The notes beneath the pieces were generated by a model, which was not told the origin of the DNA, did not search any database, and saw only the letters and a program-made list of their open reading frames with translations. Both the position numbers and the translations under genes were made by a program. DNA of 42,935 nt from a virus (lineage: Duplodnaviria; Caudoviricetes): IMG/VR virus record IMGVR_UViG_3300016484_001033, positions 1 through 42,935 of that record; one strand, given 5' to 3'. Position 1 is the first letter of the stretch; every line of letters starts with the position of its first letter. This document shows positions 8,634 through 17,771 of this stretch, in pieces.

Positions 8634-9359
8634 CTACCTCGCGTTGAGGCTTTCGTTGACGGCCATTGTGAGAAAGGCGTCGAAGGTGGACGGCGTGCGC
8701 GCCGGAATGAGTTTCAGCATCTCCGCGAGCGCCAGGACGCGCATCACGTCCGCTTCACAGTGCCGCACGACCGCATCGATGTTGCCGGCCGCGATGGCCG
8801 CGCCCACGTCTTTGCCGTCGATGTCCTCGACCTCCGGCAACTCCACTCCGAAGACCGCGCACGTCGTCTTGAGACTCCGGCTGATGACGTGTTCGCAGTC
8901 GTCGTCGCAGAGGAGCGAGTAGAGGTCGTAGTGGTCGTCGTTGTCCCAGCGGCGCGAGGACAAGGTCGGGAACGACACACCGAGCCTCAGCGCGTGGAAC
9001 CTGAGATGCGGCCAGTCAAACTTGAGGCCGTTGAAGGTGATGAGTGTGCGGCTGTAGCCCTCTCCGGTCCTGAACATCTTCCCGATCGCCTTCAACGCCT
9101 TGGCTAACGCCTCATCGTCGCGGCAGATGAACGACTCGGGGTCGTCGTCGCACTCGCGCAGGTAGGAGAGGACGACCGGGCGGGAGGCCCACGGGTCCAG
9201 CGCGGCCCTCTCGAAGTTCGCCTGCCGCTTCTCTTCAATCGCGGCGGCAATCTTCAGCGGGTCGCGCAGGTTCGCGGGCGCCTTGGGTTCCGCGAGGAAC
9301 GGAACCATCGCCTCGTTTCGGATGGTTTCCACGTCGAGGATGGCGTAGTGCTGCGTCAT
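8634..9359 (-). CDS. DnaQ/PolB-type 3'-5' exonuclease
   Basis: ExoI LDVET, ExoII TFNGLKFD, ExoIII HCEAD. Confidence 0.85.
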   Translation of the reverse strand: MTQHYAILDVETIRNEAMVPFLAEPKAPANLRDPLKIAAAIEEKRQANFERAALDPWASRPVVLSYLRECDDDPESFICRDDEALAKALKAIGKMFRTGEGYSRTLITFNGLKFDWPHLRFHALRLGVSFPTLSSRRWDNDDHYDLYSLLCDDDCEHVISRSLKTTCAVFGVELPEVEDIDGKDVGAAIAAGNIDAVVRHCEADVMRVLALAEMLKLIPARTPSTFDAFLTMAVNESLNAR

Positions 9360-9368
9360 GGCGTCACC

Positions 9369-10175
9369 TCAGAACGGGATGTCCGAATCCGCTAGGTCGT
9401 CGTCGCCGCCCACGAGCGGCTGGTGGACGACGACGTTGACGATGTCGGTGCCCTTGCCGTCCTTCGACGGCTTCACCTCGACCATCACGGCCTCGCCCGT
9501 GCCGGCCATCGCCTGCAACGTGCGCCCGATCTCCGTGTCGAACGTCGACGCTTTCGTGCCGGTGTCGAACGTCACGCGATAGACGGTCCAGTCGCGGCCA
9601 GCCTGGCTGGTGCCGGACTTCGTCGCCACGTCAACGACCGCCGCGGTGAAGGTCGTAGTGGGCGGGGCGGGCGCGTTGGCCCGCGGCGCCGCCTGGGGCG
9701 CGCGTGGCGCGGCGTTCGTCGCCGGCGCGGCCTGGGGCCTGGCCTGCGCCTGCGGCGCGCTGTGAGGCGCCTGGGACGCGACGGCGCCGTCGTCGTCGTC
9801 CTCGGCCGCGATGCCCAGCACGGCCTGGATGCCGTAGCGGCGCATGTAGGTGATCGCCCCGCCCAGTTGTTGCGGCGTGCAGCCGGTGGGTAACGCGATG
9901 ACCGCGTCGCTCGACAAGTACTCGCCACTGGCGTGTAACAGAATCGTTGTCACGCGCAGCAGGCCGGCCTCGCCGTTGACGTGCTGCGAGATGGCCAGGT
10001 TGAACTTCCCCAGGATGGGCCGCACGTGGTCGGTAATGCTGGGGAGGAGGGCGTAGTGATACTCCCGGCCCGCCCCGATGTGCGCGACGGCATCCTTGAC
10101 GGGGTTCGTCAGCGCCGCTTGCGCCTTGCAGTAGTCGGCGGCCAGCTTCGCGATGGATTCAGAGTGGGTGATCAT
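9369..10175 (-). CDS. erf: ERF-family single-strand annealing protein with SSB-like C-terminus
   Basis: YHYALL, TILLHASGEYL, QQLGGAITYMRRY, EDDDDG; ends DDDLADSDIPF. Confidence 0.88.
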   Translation of the reverse strand: MITHSESIAKLAADYCKAQAALTNPVKDAVAHIGAGREYHYALLPSITDHVRPILGKFNLAISQHVNGEAGLLRVTTILLHASGEYLSSDAVIALPTGCTPQQLGGAITYMRRYGIQAVLGIAAEDDDDGAVASQAPHSAPQAQARPQAAPATNAAPRAPQAAPRANAPAPPTTTFTAAVVDVATKSGTSQAGRDWTVYRVTFDTGTKASTFDTEIGRTLQAMAGTGEAVMVEVKPSKDGKGTDIVNVVVHQPLVGGDDDLADSDIPF

Positions 10176-10453
10176 GACCGCCCCCCGATCTGGTCGAGGT
10201 AGGCGGCGATCACGCGGCGCACGATCTCGCGGGCGAGCCCGCGGTCGAGCACGTCGCCCGTGGCCTCCTCCAGCGTGATCTGCAACATGGACGTGGCGAC
10301 GACCAGGCCGCGCACGTGGTCCTGCTTCACGGCCTCGGCGTCGGAGTGGTTGGTGGCGCGCGGCGTATTCAGGATCGCCTCTTCGCGCCGGAGGGTCGTG
10401 ACCCCGCGTAGTAAATCCTCAGCAAATCGGCTGACATCCACGGTGAGTCCCAT
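10172..10453 (-). CDS. Hypothetical protein, first gene of the early operon
   Basis: ORF downstream of the predicted promoter; ATGA overlap with erf. Confidence 0.6.
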   Translation of the reverse strand: MGLTVDVSRFAEDLLRGVTTLRREEAILNTPRATNHSDAEAVKQDHVRGLVVATSMLQITLEEATGDVLDRGLAREIVRRVIAAYLDQIGGRS

Positions 10454-10498
10454 ACGGTTCCGCCTTTCCGTCGCTTGCACTCCCTTGCGACAGTTTGC

Positions 10499-10528
10499 AT
10501 ACTACTTGTTATGAGACTCACGCGTCAA
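10499..10528 (-). promoter_or_regulatory. Sigma70-like promoter for the early operon
   Basis: TTGACG-N18-TAGTAT in an AT-rich intergenic gap; spacer contains the TGAG-N-CTCA palindrome. Confidence 0.6.
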
Positions 10529-10788
10529 GCAGAAAGTTGATTCGGGGGCGGCGGCAATTCCACGTCGACGCCGTCGAGGTAGCGCGGCAGGTCGTGACCG
10601 AGGGCGGTCGCCACGCGTTGAACTTTCGGCGCGGAGACACCAGACCCGTTGATGAGGCGGCTGACGGTCGCCTCCGTGACTTTGGCCTTTTTCGCCAGTT
10701 GGCGCTGCGACAGGCCCGCGCGCATCATGTCGCGCGCGACCTTGGTCCCGTCCCAGACCGGACGGTGCGTGGTGGTCCCTCTCGGCAT
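10525..10788 (-). CDS. XRE-family HTH transcriptional regulator
   Basis: GLSQRQLAKKAKVTEATVSRLING...VATALG. Confidence 0.88.
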   Translation of the reverse strand: MPRGTTTHRPVWDGTKVARDMMRAGLSQRQLAKKAKVTEATVSRLINGSGVSAPKVQRVATALGHDLPRYLDGVDVELPPPPNQLSA

Positions 10789-10790
10789 GG

Positions 10791-10823
10791 CGCAAGGTTA
10801 CGCCTCCTTGCGTTGTCCGTCAA
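10791..10823 (-). promoter_or_regulatory. Sigma70-like promoter (probably leaderless) with overlapping operator-like inverted repeat
   Basis: TTGACG-N17-TAACCT, 6 nt before the ATG at 10788; CGCAAGG-N8-CCTTGCG at 10791-10812. Confidence 0.6.
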
Positions 10824-10862
10824 ACTGTACCGCTTCCCTCCCCGGCCCCTGGCCGGGCCACG

Positions 10863-11192
10863 CTACGTCGTCACGCCCAGCAGGTTGCGCACGTAGTAGC
10901 GGTACTCGTCCGACCCGTGCCTCGACGCACCGTAGTCGAACTCGACCGTGACGACCCGCTCCTGCAGCGTCGCCTCCCCGATGGCCGCGTTCTGCGCCGA
11001 CGTGATCTCGAGCTCCATGCTGCTCGCCAGGCCGGTCAGGCTGGTGCGCGCCTTCACGACGGACCCCGTCAGCACGTCGTCGATCCGGTAGGTGGCCGCG
11101 GTGGGCACCACCAGGGCGTCGTCCTCGTCCCGGAAGGTGAGCGTCAGCACGAGCGTGGTGCGGTCGTTGATCGTCAGTGTCGGTAACGCCAT
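10863..11192 (-). CDS. Small beta-sandwich (Ig/BppU-like) putative virion protein
   Basis: Alternating beta-strand pattern TLVLTLTFRDED..VVPTAATYRI..; last gene of the late operon. Confidence 0.55.
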   Translation of the reverse strand: MALPTLTINDRTTLVLTLTFRDEDDALVVPTAATYRIDDVLTGSVVKARTSLTGLASSMELEITSAQNAAIGEATLQERVVTVEFDYGASRHGSDEYRYYVRNLLGVTT

Positions 11193-11195
11193 GTC

Positions 11196-12896
11196 TCACC
11201 CTCGCACGGCTGCTAACAGCCAGTCTGCAAACCGGTCCTTCACCAGGCCCGGCCAGCCGGGCACCTCGTCCGCCTCCGTCCAGCCCTCACAGGTGCGCTT
11301 GTCGCGAAACTGGTCCGGGCTCCAGCGCGACGCCGTCAGGTTGTGGCCGTGCCGCAGGTCGATGTTCGGGCCGGCACTCCACCAGCGTTCGACGGGCACC
11401 GCGTCGATCCCGCGGGGCGGCGGGTGCGCGCCGGGCTCGTAGCCGGTGGCGTGGTCGTAGCCTTCGGCCTCGACCTTCGCGACGCGTGCCCGGTAGTGCG
11501 CCAGCAGCACCGCGCGCGACGCACAGAGCATGGCCACCTGATCGGCCAGGTAATGCAGGCAGCGCCCGGTCGCCACGTCCACGCGCCACCAGTGCCGATT
11601 GTAGTAGTAGACATCCTCGCGCTCGGGCCGGAAGTCGAAGTGACTGGGGTGGTACAGCACGTCGTGCTCGGCTAGGAAGACGACGTCGGTGTCGATCGTC
11701 TCCAGGCCGGCGAGGATCTGCCGGAACATTTGCAGCCGGGACCGCGCGCCGGGGACGACGACGTTGGTCTGCCACGGCAGGGGTTCTCGACTCACGCTCA
11801 CGATCGGCCAGCCCTTCGCCGCGTTGGTGAGCTGCTCGCGCACGGCGTCGGCCAACGTGCGGTCGAGCCGGTTGTCGGTGTAGTAGACGATGCCGCGAGA
11901 GCGCCCGGGCACGTGGACGGCGGGCGCGCGCGTCGCCTGCCAGATCCGCCCCGCCTCCGCGACGTGGGCCCGGTCCGCATCGTCCCACCCGGGAACCGGC
12001 CAGAACTTCTCGAGCAACCACGCCAGCGGGCGCCGCTGGCCCTCCCAGCGGTTCTCCAGCCACAGCCACCGGCTGTGCGCCCGGGCGTGGTCGACCTGCT
12101 TCCCCGATTGCGGGTACGGGAAGCCGAACCCGGGCTGCGTCCGAAACAGGTGCGCGAACCAGGTGCGCTTGTTGACGACCTGGCGGCCACCGGACAGCCA
12201 CGCCTTGCAACTGACCTCGGTCCCGAACTGGCCCCAGGAACCATGCCGGGTGTCCATGCCGCCGAGCGCGTCGAAGGTCGCCCGGGGCATCACCCAGCAG
12301 GCCCCGACGCTGCTGAGCACGTCGGCTAGGTCGCCCTCGGCCTCCCGGCGCTTTTCGTACTCGGGCCAATACTGGAAATGCAACGTGTTGTCGAAGCGGG
12401 CAAAGTCGGTCCGGCGATGCCACCGCGGCTGCCAGACGACGACGCGCTCGCCCTGCCACGGCTGGTGACAGGTCGCACACGTTTCTGGCTTCGGCCCCTG
12501 GTAGGTCCGCGCCCCACACCGGCACTGCCAGTCGAAGACGTGCAGGTTGAACATGCGCGGGATGGTGACCGTGTCGGGCGCGATCTCGCCCGTCTCGTAG
12601 GGGGCGACGACCTGCTCGTCGAAGTTCTCGTCGACCGCGCAGTGCGCGTCGAGCTTGCAGAGGTATTGCCCGGTCGCGACGCGCGCCGCCACGTTGGTGG
12701 CCTCGCGCTGCCCGAGCGGCACGGGCACGTAAAGCAGCGTGACGCGCGGATGGTCCGGGACGGGCGGGGCCGCCCAGGCGCCGTCGAGCACCGCGACGAC
12801 CTCGGTGTCGTCCCGGGTGTGGGCCAGGACGCCCTGGATCGTCTGCGCCAGCCATTCCTCCTGGCGCGCCGGGATGAGGATCGACAGCTTAGCCAC
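11196..12896 (-). CDS. Two-domain glycosyltransferase: ppGalNAc-T-like GT-A domain plus a second GT-A domain
   Basis: LSILIPAR, KLDAHC, LGGMD...WG...EVSCKAWLSGG, AHLFR; second domain IVYYTDN...FLAEHDVLYH. Confidence 0.85.
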   Translation of the reverse strand: MAKLSILIPARQEEWLAQTIQGVLAHTRDDTEVVAVLDGAWAAPPVPDHPRVTLLYVPVPLGQREATNVAARVATGQYLCKLDAHCAVDENFDEQVVAPYETGEIAPDTVTIPRMFNLHVFDWQCRCGARTYQGPKPETCATCHQPWQGERVVVWQPRWHRRTDFARFDNTLHFQYWPEYEKRREAEGDLADVLSSVGACWVMPRATFDALGGMDTRHGSWGQFGTEVSCKAWLSGGRQVVNKRTWFAHLFRTQPGFGFPYPQSGKQVDHARAHSRWLWLENRWEGQRRPLAWLLEKFWPVPGWDDADRAHVAEAGRIWQATRAPAVHVPGRSRGIVYYTDNRLDRTLADAVREQLTNAAKGWPIVSVSREPLPWQTNVVVPGARSRLQMFRQILAGLETIDTDVVFLAEHDVLYHPSHFDFRPEREDVYYYNRHWWRVDVATGRCLHYLADQVAMLCASRAVLLAHYRARVAKVEAEGYDHATGYEPGAHPPPRGIDAVPVERWWSAGPNIDLRHGHNLTASRWSPDQFRDKRTCEGWTEADEVPGWPGLVKDRFADWLLAAVRG

Positions 12897-13554
12897 GGCG
12901 CACGAACCGCCCGACGCGCGCGGCGCCGGGACAGGCGTAGATGTCGCCCGGGATCACGGCGACACGGACTTCGTGGGCGGCGAGCGCCCACGGCAGCGAG
13001 AGCTGGTCGTTGACGTGGTAGCGTGAGACGTGGTGCCACCACGTGTGACACATCGCGCGGACGCGCGGCGTCGCGCGGTAGGCGAACAGCCCGCCGCAAT
13101 ACAGGCGGTCGTCGACGTGGCCCGCCTCGGCGAGCGCCTGCAGTTGCCCGTCGAGATCCTCCCCGCCGTACTTGCGGGCCATCCCGCGCGAGCGCGCCAC
13201 GATGTCCCGGAGGAAGGCGGCCTCCTCCGCGACGGAGCCACGCTCGTTGTGGCGGTAGCCGACCCACTCGGCGCCGCCGAGGGCCTCCAACCACCACGCC
13301 ACGTCGGCGGCGTGTGTGTAGCTGAACGCCCCGTCGGCCCAACAGTACACGTCGGCGCCCGGGACGAGCTGCCAGCCGAACAGCTTGGGCAGCTTCGCGC
13401 GCATCCGCGGGGACAGCGTGCGCGTGCGCACGGGCCAGGTCTCATCCGTGAACGCGTGCCAGGACACGGTGACGCCCTCGGCCACCGTCTGCGGGACGGG
13501 CGGCACGAGCGCCTCGTAGGCCCCGCACGCCGCGGTGAGCAGCGCCACGTGCAT
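12889..13554 (-). CDS. DUF616 (TOD1/MUCI70)-like GT-A glycosyltransferase
   Basis: GAYE, AFTD, KLPKL, WADG, HNER, NDQLSLPW motifs. Confidence 0.7.
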   Translation of the reverse strand: MHVALLTAACGAYEALVPPVPQTVAEGVTVSWHAFTDETWPVRTRTLSPRMRAKLPKLFGWQLVPGADVYCWADGAFSYTHAADVAWWLEALGGAEWVGYRHNERGSVAEEAAFLRDIVARSRGMARKYGGEDLDGQLQALAEAGHVDDRLYCGGLFAYRATPRVRAMCHTWWHHVSRYHVNDQLSLPWALAAHEVRVAVIPGDIYACPGAARVGRFVRRG

Positions 13555-14216
13555 CAGCGTTGCCTCGAGGGCGGCCATTCGGGGTTGACCCAGCAGAACG
13601 ACCGGTAGCGGTGCTGCAGCAGCGAGCGCCGCGCCTCGTGCCGCGTGCCCAACACGTACCACTGCGGGATCCGCATGGCCGTCGTGTAGGCGTGGACGGC
13701 CTCGACGACATGGCACCAGGCGGGCCGCGGGAAGTGGTAGTAGTCGTGGCCCGAGACGATGCCGCCGGTGCGCACCCGCCGGCCCCACAGCGCCAGGTCC
13801 ATCGTCACGAACTCCAGCGCGTGGTTGCCGTCGATGTAGACCCAGTCGAGGCTGCGCTCGGGCACGTCCTGGGCGGCGTCCTGGCTGAACTTGCGGATCA
13901 CCGTGACGCGGTCGCCGTAGGGCGCGAGCGCCGCGCACGCGAGCCGGTATTTCTCGTCGATGCGGTGCTGCTGGTTGTTGTCTCTGTAATCCCGATAGAT
14001 CTGCCACGGGTCGACGCAGAGCAACTGCAGCGCGGGATCCGTCTCGAGGAACTCCCGACTGTAGTCCCCCGTCCAGACGCCGATCTCCGCGCCCCGGTGG
14101 AGCTCGAGCGTGCGGAACAGCTTCGGCAGGTCCGCCCGGCTCGCCCCCGGAATCTCGATTGGAGACGGCGGCAGCGGGTCGGGCAACTGGAAATAATCGG
14201 CGATGACGTCGCGCAT
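13554..14216 (-). CDS. Class I SAM-dependent methyltransferase (Methyltransf_24-like), probably glycan-directed
   Basis: GAEIGVWTG, VDPW, VYIDGNH, GGIVSGHDY. Confidence 0.88.
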   Translation of the reverse strand: MRDVIADYFQLPDPLPPSPIEIPGASRADLPKLFRTLELHRGAEIGVWTGDYSREFLETDPALQLLCVDPWQIYRDYRDNNQQHRIDEKYRLACAALAPYGDRVTVIRKFSQDAAQDVPERSLDWVYIDGNHALEFVTMDLALWGRRVRTGGIVSGHDYYHFPRPAWCHVVEAVHAYTTAMRIPQWYVLGTRHEARRSLLQHRYRSFCWVNPEWPPSRQR

Positions 14217-15010
14217 CAGGACTCCTCCGGCAACAGCCAGGCGGCGTACCGGGCCGGGTCGGCCTGCAGCGTCGCCGGGAGCGTGGCCCAGGGCGCCACC
14301 CACATCCGGCCCCAGCGCCGGCGCCGGAACAGGTCGACGCGCTCGCGTAGACAGGTGGCGATGTGGGTCGGGTTGTTGGTGACCGCTGTGTCGAGCTCGG
14401 CGTGCGTCCAGGCGGACAGCTTCGCGCGGATGGCGTCGACGCCTCCGAGCCAGGACAGGTGCCACCCGCCGACGCCGCGCGCGACGCCCACCGGCGGGCA
14501 GCGCCGCTGGTCGCGCAGGCCCCGGCCGCCGAGCGCCCGCACGGTCTGCGCCTGCGCCAGCGCGATCGCCGACCACGGCTCCGCGGTGCGCAGGTTGGCG
14601 TAGTAGTAGCTGACGCAGGGCCGAAAGCCCACCCAGGCCTCCGGCGTCACCCGGTCGCGGTACGCCTGGACGACCGCCGCGTCGGGAATCTCGTCGACGT
14701 CGCTGTAGAGCACCAGCGTCGTGTCGGAGACGCCCAGCGCGTGCAGCGCGGGCACGACCTGGTCGCGCGCGAGGTATTCCCGGTCCCAGCGCGTCGCCGC
14801 CGCGGGCGCCCGCGGCACGGGGTGCGCCACGAGCCGCCCCGCCCACCGGGCCCAGCGCGGGGCCGTCACGTCCAGCGTGCGCGCCTTCGGCACGCCGGCG
14901 AACGTCTCCGTGCCCTCGAGCACGACGAACGTGTCGACGACGGCCTCGAGCTCGCGCAGGCGCACCTCGAGCAGGTCGAGCTCGTTGTAGAGGAGGCAGA
15001 CGTCAATCAC
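14216..15010 (-). CDS. GT17-like (MGAT3-like beta-1,4-GlcNAc transferase) glycosyltransferase
   Basis: YNELDLLEVRLREL, FVVLEG..TF.G.PK, SDVDEIP, GGWHLSW. Confidence 0.85.
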   Translation of the reverse strand: MIDVCLLYNELDLLEVRLRELEAVVDTFVVLEGTETFAGVPKARTLDVTAPRWARWAGRLVAHPVPRAPAAATRWDREYLARDQVVPALHALGVSDTTLVLYSDVDEIPDAAVVQAYRDRVTPEAWVGFRPCVSYYYANLRTAEPWSAIALAQAQTVRALGGRGLRDQRRCPPVGVARGVGGWHLSWLGGVDAIRAKLSAWTHAELDTAVTNNPTHIATCLRERVDLFRRRRWGRMWVAPWATLPATLQADPARYAAWLLPEES

Positions 15011-15896
15011 GCATGGGCCCTCGCGCCTCGAAGGCGGCGCGATGCGCCGGATCCCAGGGATCGTCCGGCCAGGTCGGCATGGGCAGGAACGCCTCGATCA
15101 CGTCGCGGAAGGATCGGGTGCGGTCGGGCCAACGGTCCTCCCACCAGTAGCAGGCCGACCACGCGATCGCCCGCTTCCAGGCGCCCTTGTAGCGCGCGAA
15201 CTGGCGCCGGTGGCTGCGCCCCTTGTGGAGATGCGCGTACCACGCCGTCTTGACGACCTGGACCGAGCCGCCCGACAGCCACGCCTTCAGCCCGAGCTCC
15301 TGCGGTTCCTGGGCGTAGTAGTAGTGCTCGGCGTCCATCCCGCCCCACCGGTGGTATAGCGCGCGCGGGATCATCCAGCATGAGCCCTGATACGACAGCG
15401 TGGCGTCGACGGCCCGGTCGGCCCGCTGGGCGTTGACCTCCGGGCCATACGCCTTGTCATGGAGCCCCGGCTCCCCGGGCGGCAGCTCGGGCCACCACGG
15501 GTAGGTGAGCCAGAAGTATTGCCAGGGCTCACGAAAGCGCGTCCACGTGTCGACGTTCAGGCTGTACTTCTCGGGCACGACAATCCCGTCGTCCGGGCAG
15601 TGGCCGGCCAGTACGACGTCGAAGCCCTCCCCCACCGCACAGTGCGCGTCCAGCTTCAGCAGGTACTCGCCCGTGGCGACCTGCGCCGCGGCGTTGAGTC
15701 CCGGCCGCAGGCCGCGCGGGTGGGTCCAGTGCAGCACCTTGAGCCGGCTGTCGTCCGGCAGCGGTGGGTCCGGCCACCACCCGTCGAGGATGGCGATCAC
15801 CTCGACGTCCCCACGCGCCTGCGCGAGCACGTCGACCACGGTGGGCCGCAGGTACGGCTCGTGGCGCGACGGGAGGAGGACGGAGACGCGGGCCAT
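15003..15896 (-). CDS. Glycosyltransferase, ppGalNAc-T-like GT-A
   Basis: VSVLLPSR, GLRPGLNAAA..ATGEYLLKLDAHC, QGSCW, ELGLKAWLSGG, AHLHK. Confidence 0.85.
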   Translation of the reverse strand: MARVSVLLPSRHEPYLRPTVVDVLAQARGDVEVIAILDGWWPDPPLPDDSRLKVLHWTHPRGLRPGLNAAAQVATGEYLLKLDAHCAVGEGFDVVLAGHCPDDGIVVPEKYSLNVDTWTRFREPWQYFWLTYPWWPELPPGEPGLHDKAYGPEVNAQRADRAVDATLSYQGSCWMIPRALYHRWGGMDAEHYYYAQEPQELGLKAWLSGGSVQVVKTAWYAHLHKGRSHRRQFARYKGAWKRAIAWSACYWWEDRWPDRTRSFRDVIEAFLPMPTWPDDPWDPAHRAAFEARGPMRD

Positions 15897-16093
15897 CAGG
15901 CGTCGGCGACGGTCTGCCAGTCGCGGGCGTAGAGGTCGGCTTCGGAGATGAGCCAGCCCCGGTCGCCGTTCTCCACCGTGTGGATCTGCAGCAACCCGGC
16001 CCGCAGCATCACGTAGATGTTGGGGTCGTTCCAGCCGGCGCGCGTGATCTTGCAGCCTTGCTTGATCTGCGTCATCGCCTGCGGGAAGTCCAT
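15896..16093 (-). CDS. DUF2829 / Tad2-like small protein
   Basis: MDFPQAM..IKQG.KITRAGWN....W..SEADLYARDW signature; TAATG/TGATG coupling. Confidence 0.75.
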   Translation of the reverse strand: MDFPQAMTQIKQGCKITRAGWNDPNIYVMLRAGLLQIHTVENGDRGWLISEADLYARDWQTVADA

Positions 16094-16935
16094 TAACGCG
16101 AAGGGATCCAGTCGCGGGGGTCCGCTGGCCACGTGGGCACGGGCCAGAACGCTTCGATCAGCCATGCAAAGTTCCTCCGACGGGCGGGCCACCGGTCGTG
16201 GAGCCAGTGGTCCAGGGTGTACGCGATGCCCTGGTGCGATTGGCGCGGGCTGAGGATGTAGCCCTGCCCATGCCGCTTGTACCAGTGCCCATAGGACGTG
16301 CGCTTGTTGACCTTCACGCGCCCGCCACTCAACCACGCTTTGAGTCCGACTTCCTGAAACTCATGCACGAACGGCCCGTAGGAGACCGTGTCGAGCGGCC
16401 CGATCACGCGGTCCCAGAACGCGCGCCGCATGACCCAGCACGAGCCCTGCGACGTCATCTCGTCGTCCAGGTCGCAGGCCGCGCGCGCGGCGGCCCGGGC
16501 GGGCCAGAACCGCCCCCGCAGCGCGGGCCGGACGTCGGGCTTGTGCCACGGCCACATCAGGTAATGCGCATCGCGGGCCTCGCCGCCGATCGTCCAGGTC
16601 TCCGGGTCGAGGTCGTAGCGGCGCGGCACGACGACCCAGTCGTCGGCGAGCTCGGTCTGCAGCACGACGTCGAAGCCTTCGGCAAAGGCGCAGTGCGCGT
16701 CGCACTTCAGCAGCACGTCGCCGCGGGCCGCCAGGACGGCCTCGTTGATGCTCGGCCGCATTCCCTGCGACGTGGCGTGGGCGATCGGGCGCACGCGCGG
16801 GTCGTCCGGCAGCGGGTGCGTGTAGCCGTCGAGGACCGGGATCACCTCAATCTCCCCGCGCGCCTGGCGCAGCACGTCGGCGACGGTGGCGCCGAGGTAG
16901 GCCTCGTTGCGGGCGGGGATCAGGACGGACAGCAT
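16093..16935 (-). CDS. Glycosyltransferase, ppGalNAc-T-like GT-A
   Basis: LSVLIPARNE, KCDAHC, QGSCW, EVGLKAWLSGG, GHWYK; start trimmed from ORF 16093..18129. Confidence 0.85.
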   Translation of the reverse strand: MLSVLIPARNEAYLGATVADVLRQARGEIEVIPVLDGYTHPLPDDPRVRPIAHATSQGMRPSINEAVLAARGDVLLKCDAHCAFAEGFDVVLQTELADDWVVVPRRYDLDPETWTIGGEARDAHYLMWPWHKPDVRPALRGRFWPARAAARAACDLDDEMTSQGSCWVMRRAFWDRVIGPLDTVSYGPFVHEFQEVGLKAWLSGGRVKVNKRTSYGHWYKRHGQGYILSPRQSHQGIAYTLDHWLHDRWPARRRNFAWLIEAFWPVPTWPADPRDWIPSR

Positions 16936-17771
16936 CAGTGGTAGTAGGTGGGCGTGATGACGACCCGGGGCCGCCCCACCGTAAAGAGGATCGTCGGTTC
17001 GTCCGCGGAGAACACGACGTAGTACTCCACCGGCGGGCCGGACGGAGACGCGGAGGGCGACACCGAGCTCGAGACGGAGGGCGACAGCGACGGCGACGCC
17101 GACGCGGAGGCACTGGGGCTGGCCGAGGGCGAGACCGAGACGGACGGCGAGACGCTGGCCGAGACGGAGGGCGACACGGATGCCGACGCGCTCGGGCTCT
17201 TCGACGTTGAGGTCGAGGGGCTCGTGCTGGCGCTGGGCGACACGGACGGTGACGCCGAGGCACTGGCCGACGGACTGACACTGGCCGACCGTGACGCGCT
17301 GACGGACGGGCTCACCGAGGCCGAGGCGGCGGCACTCGGGCTGGCGCTGGCGGACACCGAGGCGCTGACGGACGCGGAGACGGACGCCGACACGCTGGCG
17401 CTGACCGAGGCCGACACGCTCGCGGAGCTGCTGGGCGAGGTGCTCTGACTGGGCGACGCCGACGGGCTCACGCTGCTGCTGACGCTCGCGCTGATCGACG
17501 GGCTGACCGAGGCCGAGACCGACGCACTGGCGGACGGGCTCGTGCTGGCGCTCGGAGAGATACTCGCACTGACGCTCGGCGAGACGCTCGCGCTGACGGA
17601 CGGCGAGACGCTGGCCGAGGCCGAGGGCGACGTCGACGCGGAGGGCGACGTCGACGCCGACGGGCTCGTGCTGGCGCTGGGCGAGGTGCTGGCCGAGGGC
17701 GACGTCGACGGGGAGACACTCGGACTGACCGAGGCGCTCACCGACGGCGACATCGACGGGGACTTCGCCAT
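16935..17771 (-). CDS. Ser/Pro-rich mucin-like repeat protein
   Basis: About 240 aa of S-x dipeptide repeats (SPSVSAS, SPSAST) followed by a short hydrophobic beta-rich C-terminus; TGATG coupling on both sides. Confidence 0.8.
   Translation of the reverse strand: MAKSPSMSPSVSASVSPSVSPSTSPSASTSPSASTSPSASTSPSASTSPSASASVSPSVSASVSPSVSASISPSASTSPSASASVSASVSPSISASVSSSVSPSASPSQSTSPSSSASVSASVSASVSASVSASVSASVSASASPSAAASASVSPSVSASRSASVSPSASASASPSVSPSASTSPSTSTSKSPSASASVSPSVSASVSPSVSVSPSASPSASASASPSLSPSVSSSVSPSASPSGPPVEYYVVFSADEPTILFTVGRPRVVITPTYYH

Noticed and set aside
10841-10857. Hairpin CCCGGCC-CCT-GGCCGGG as the late-operon terminator
   Set aside because: Plausible position but a 3-nt loop and no U tract; insufficient support
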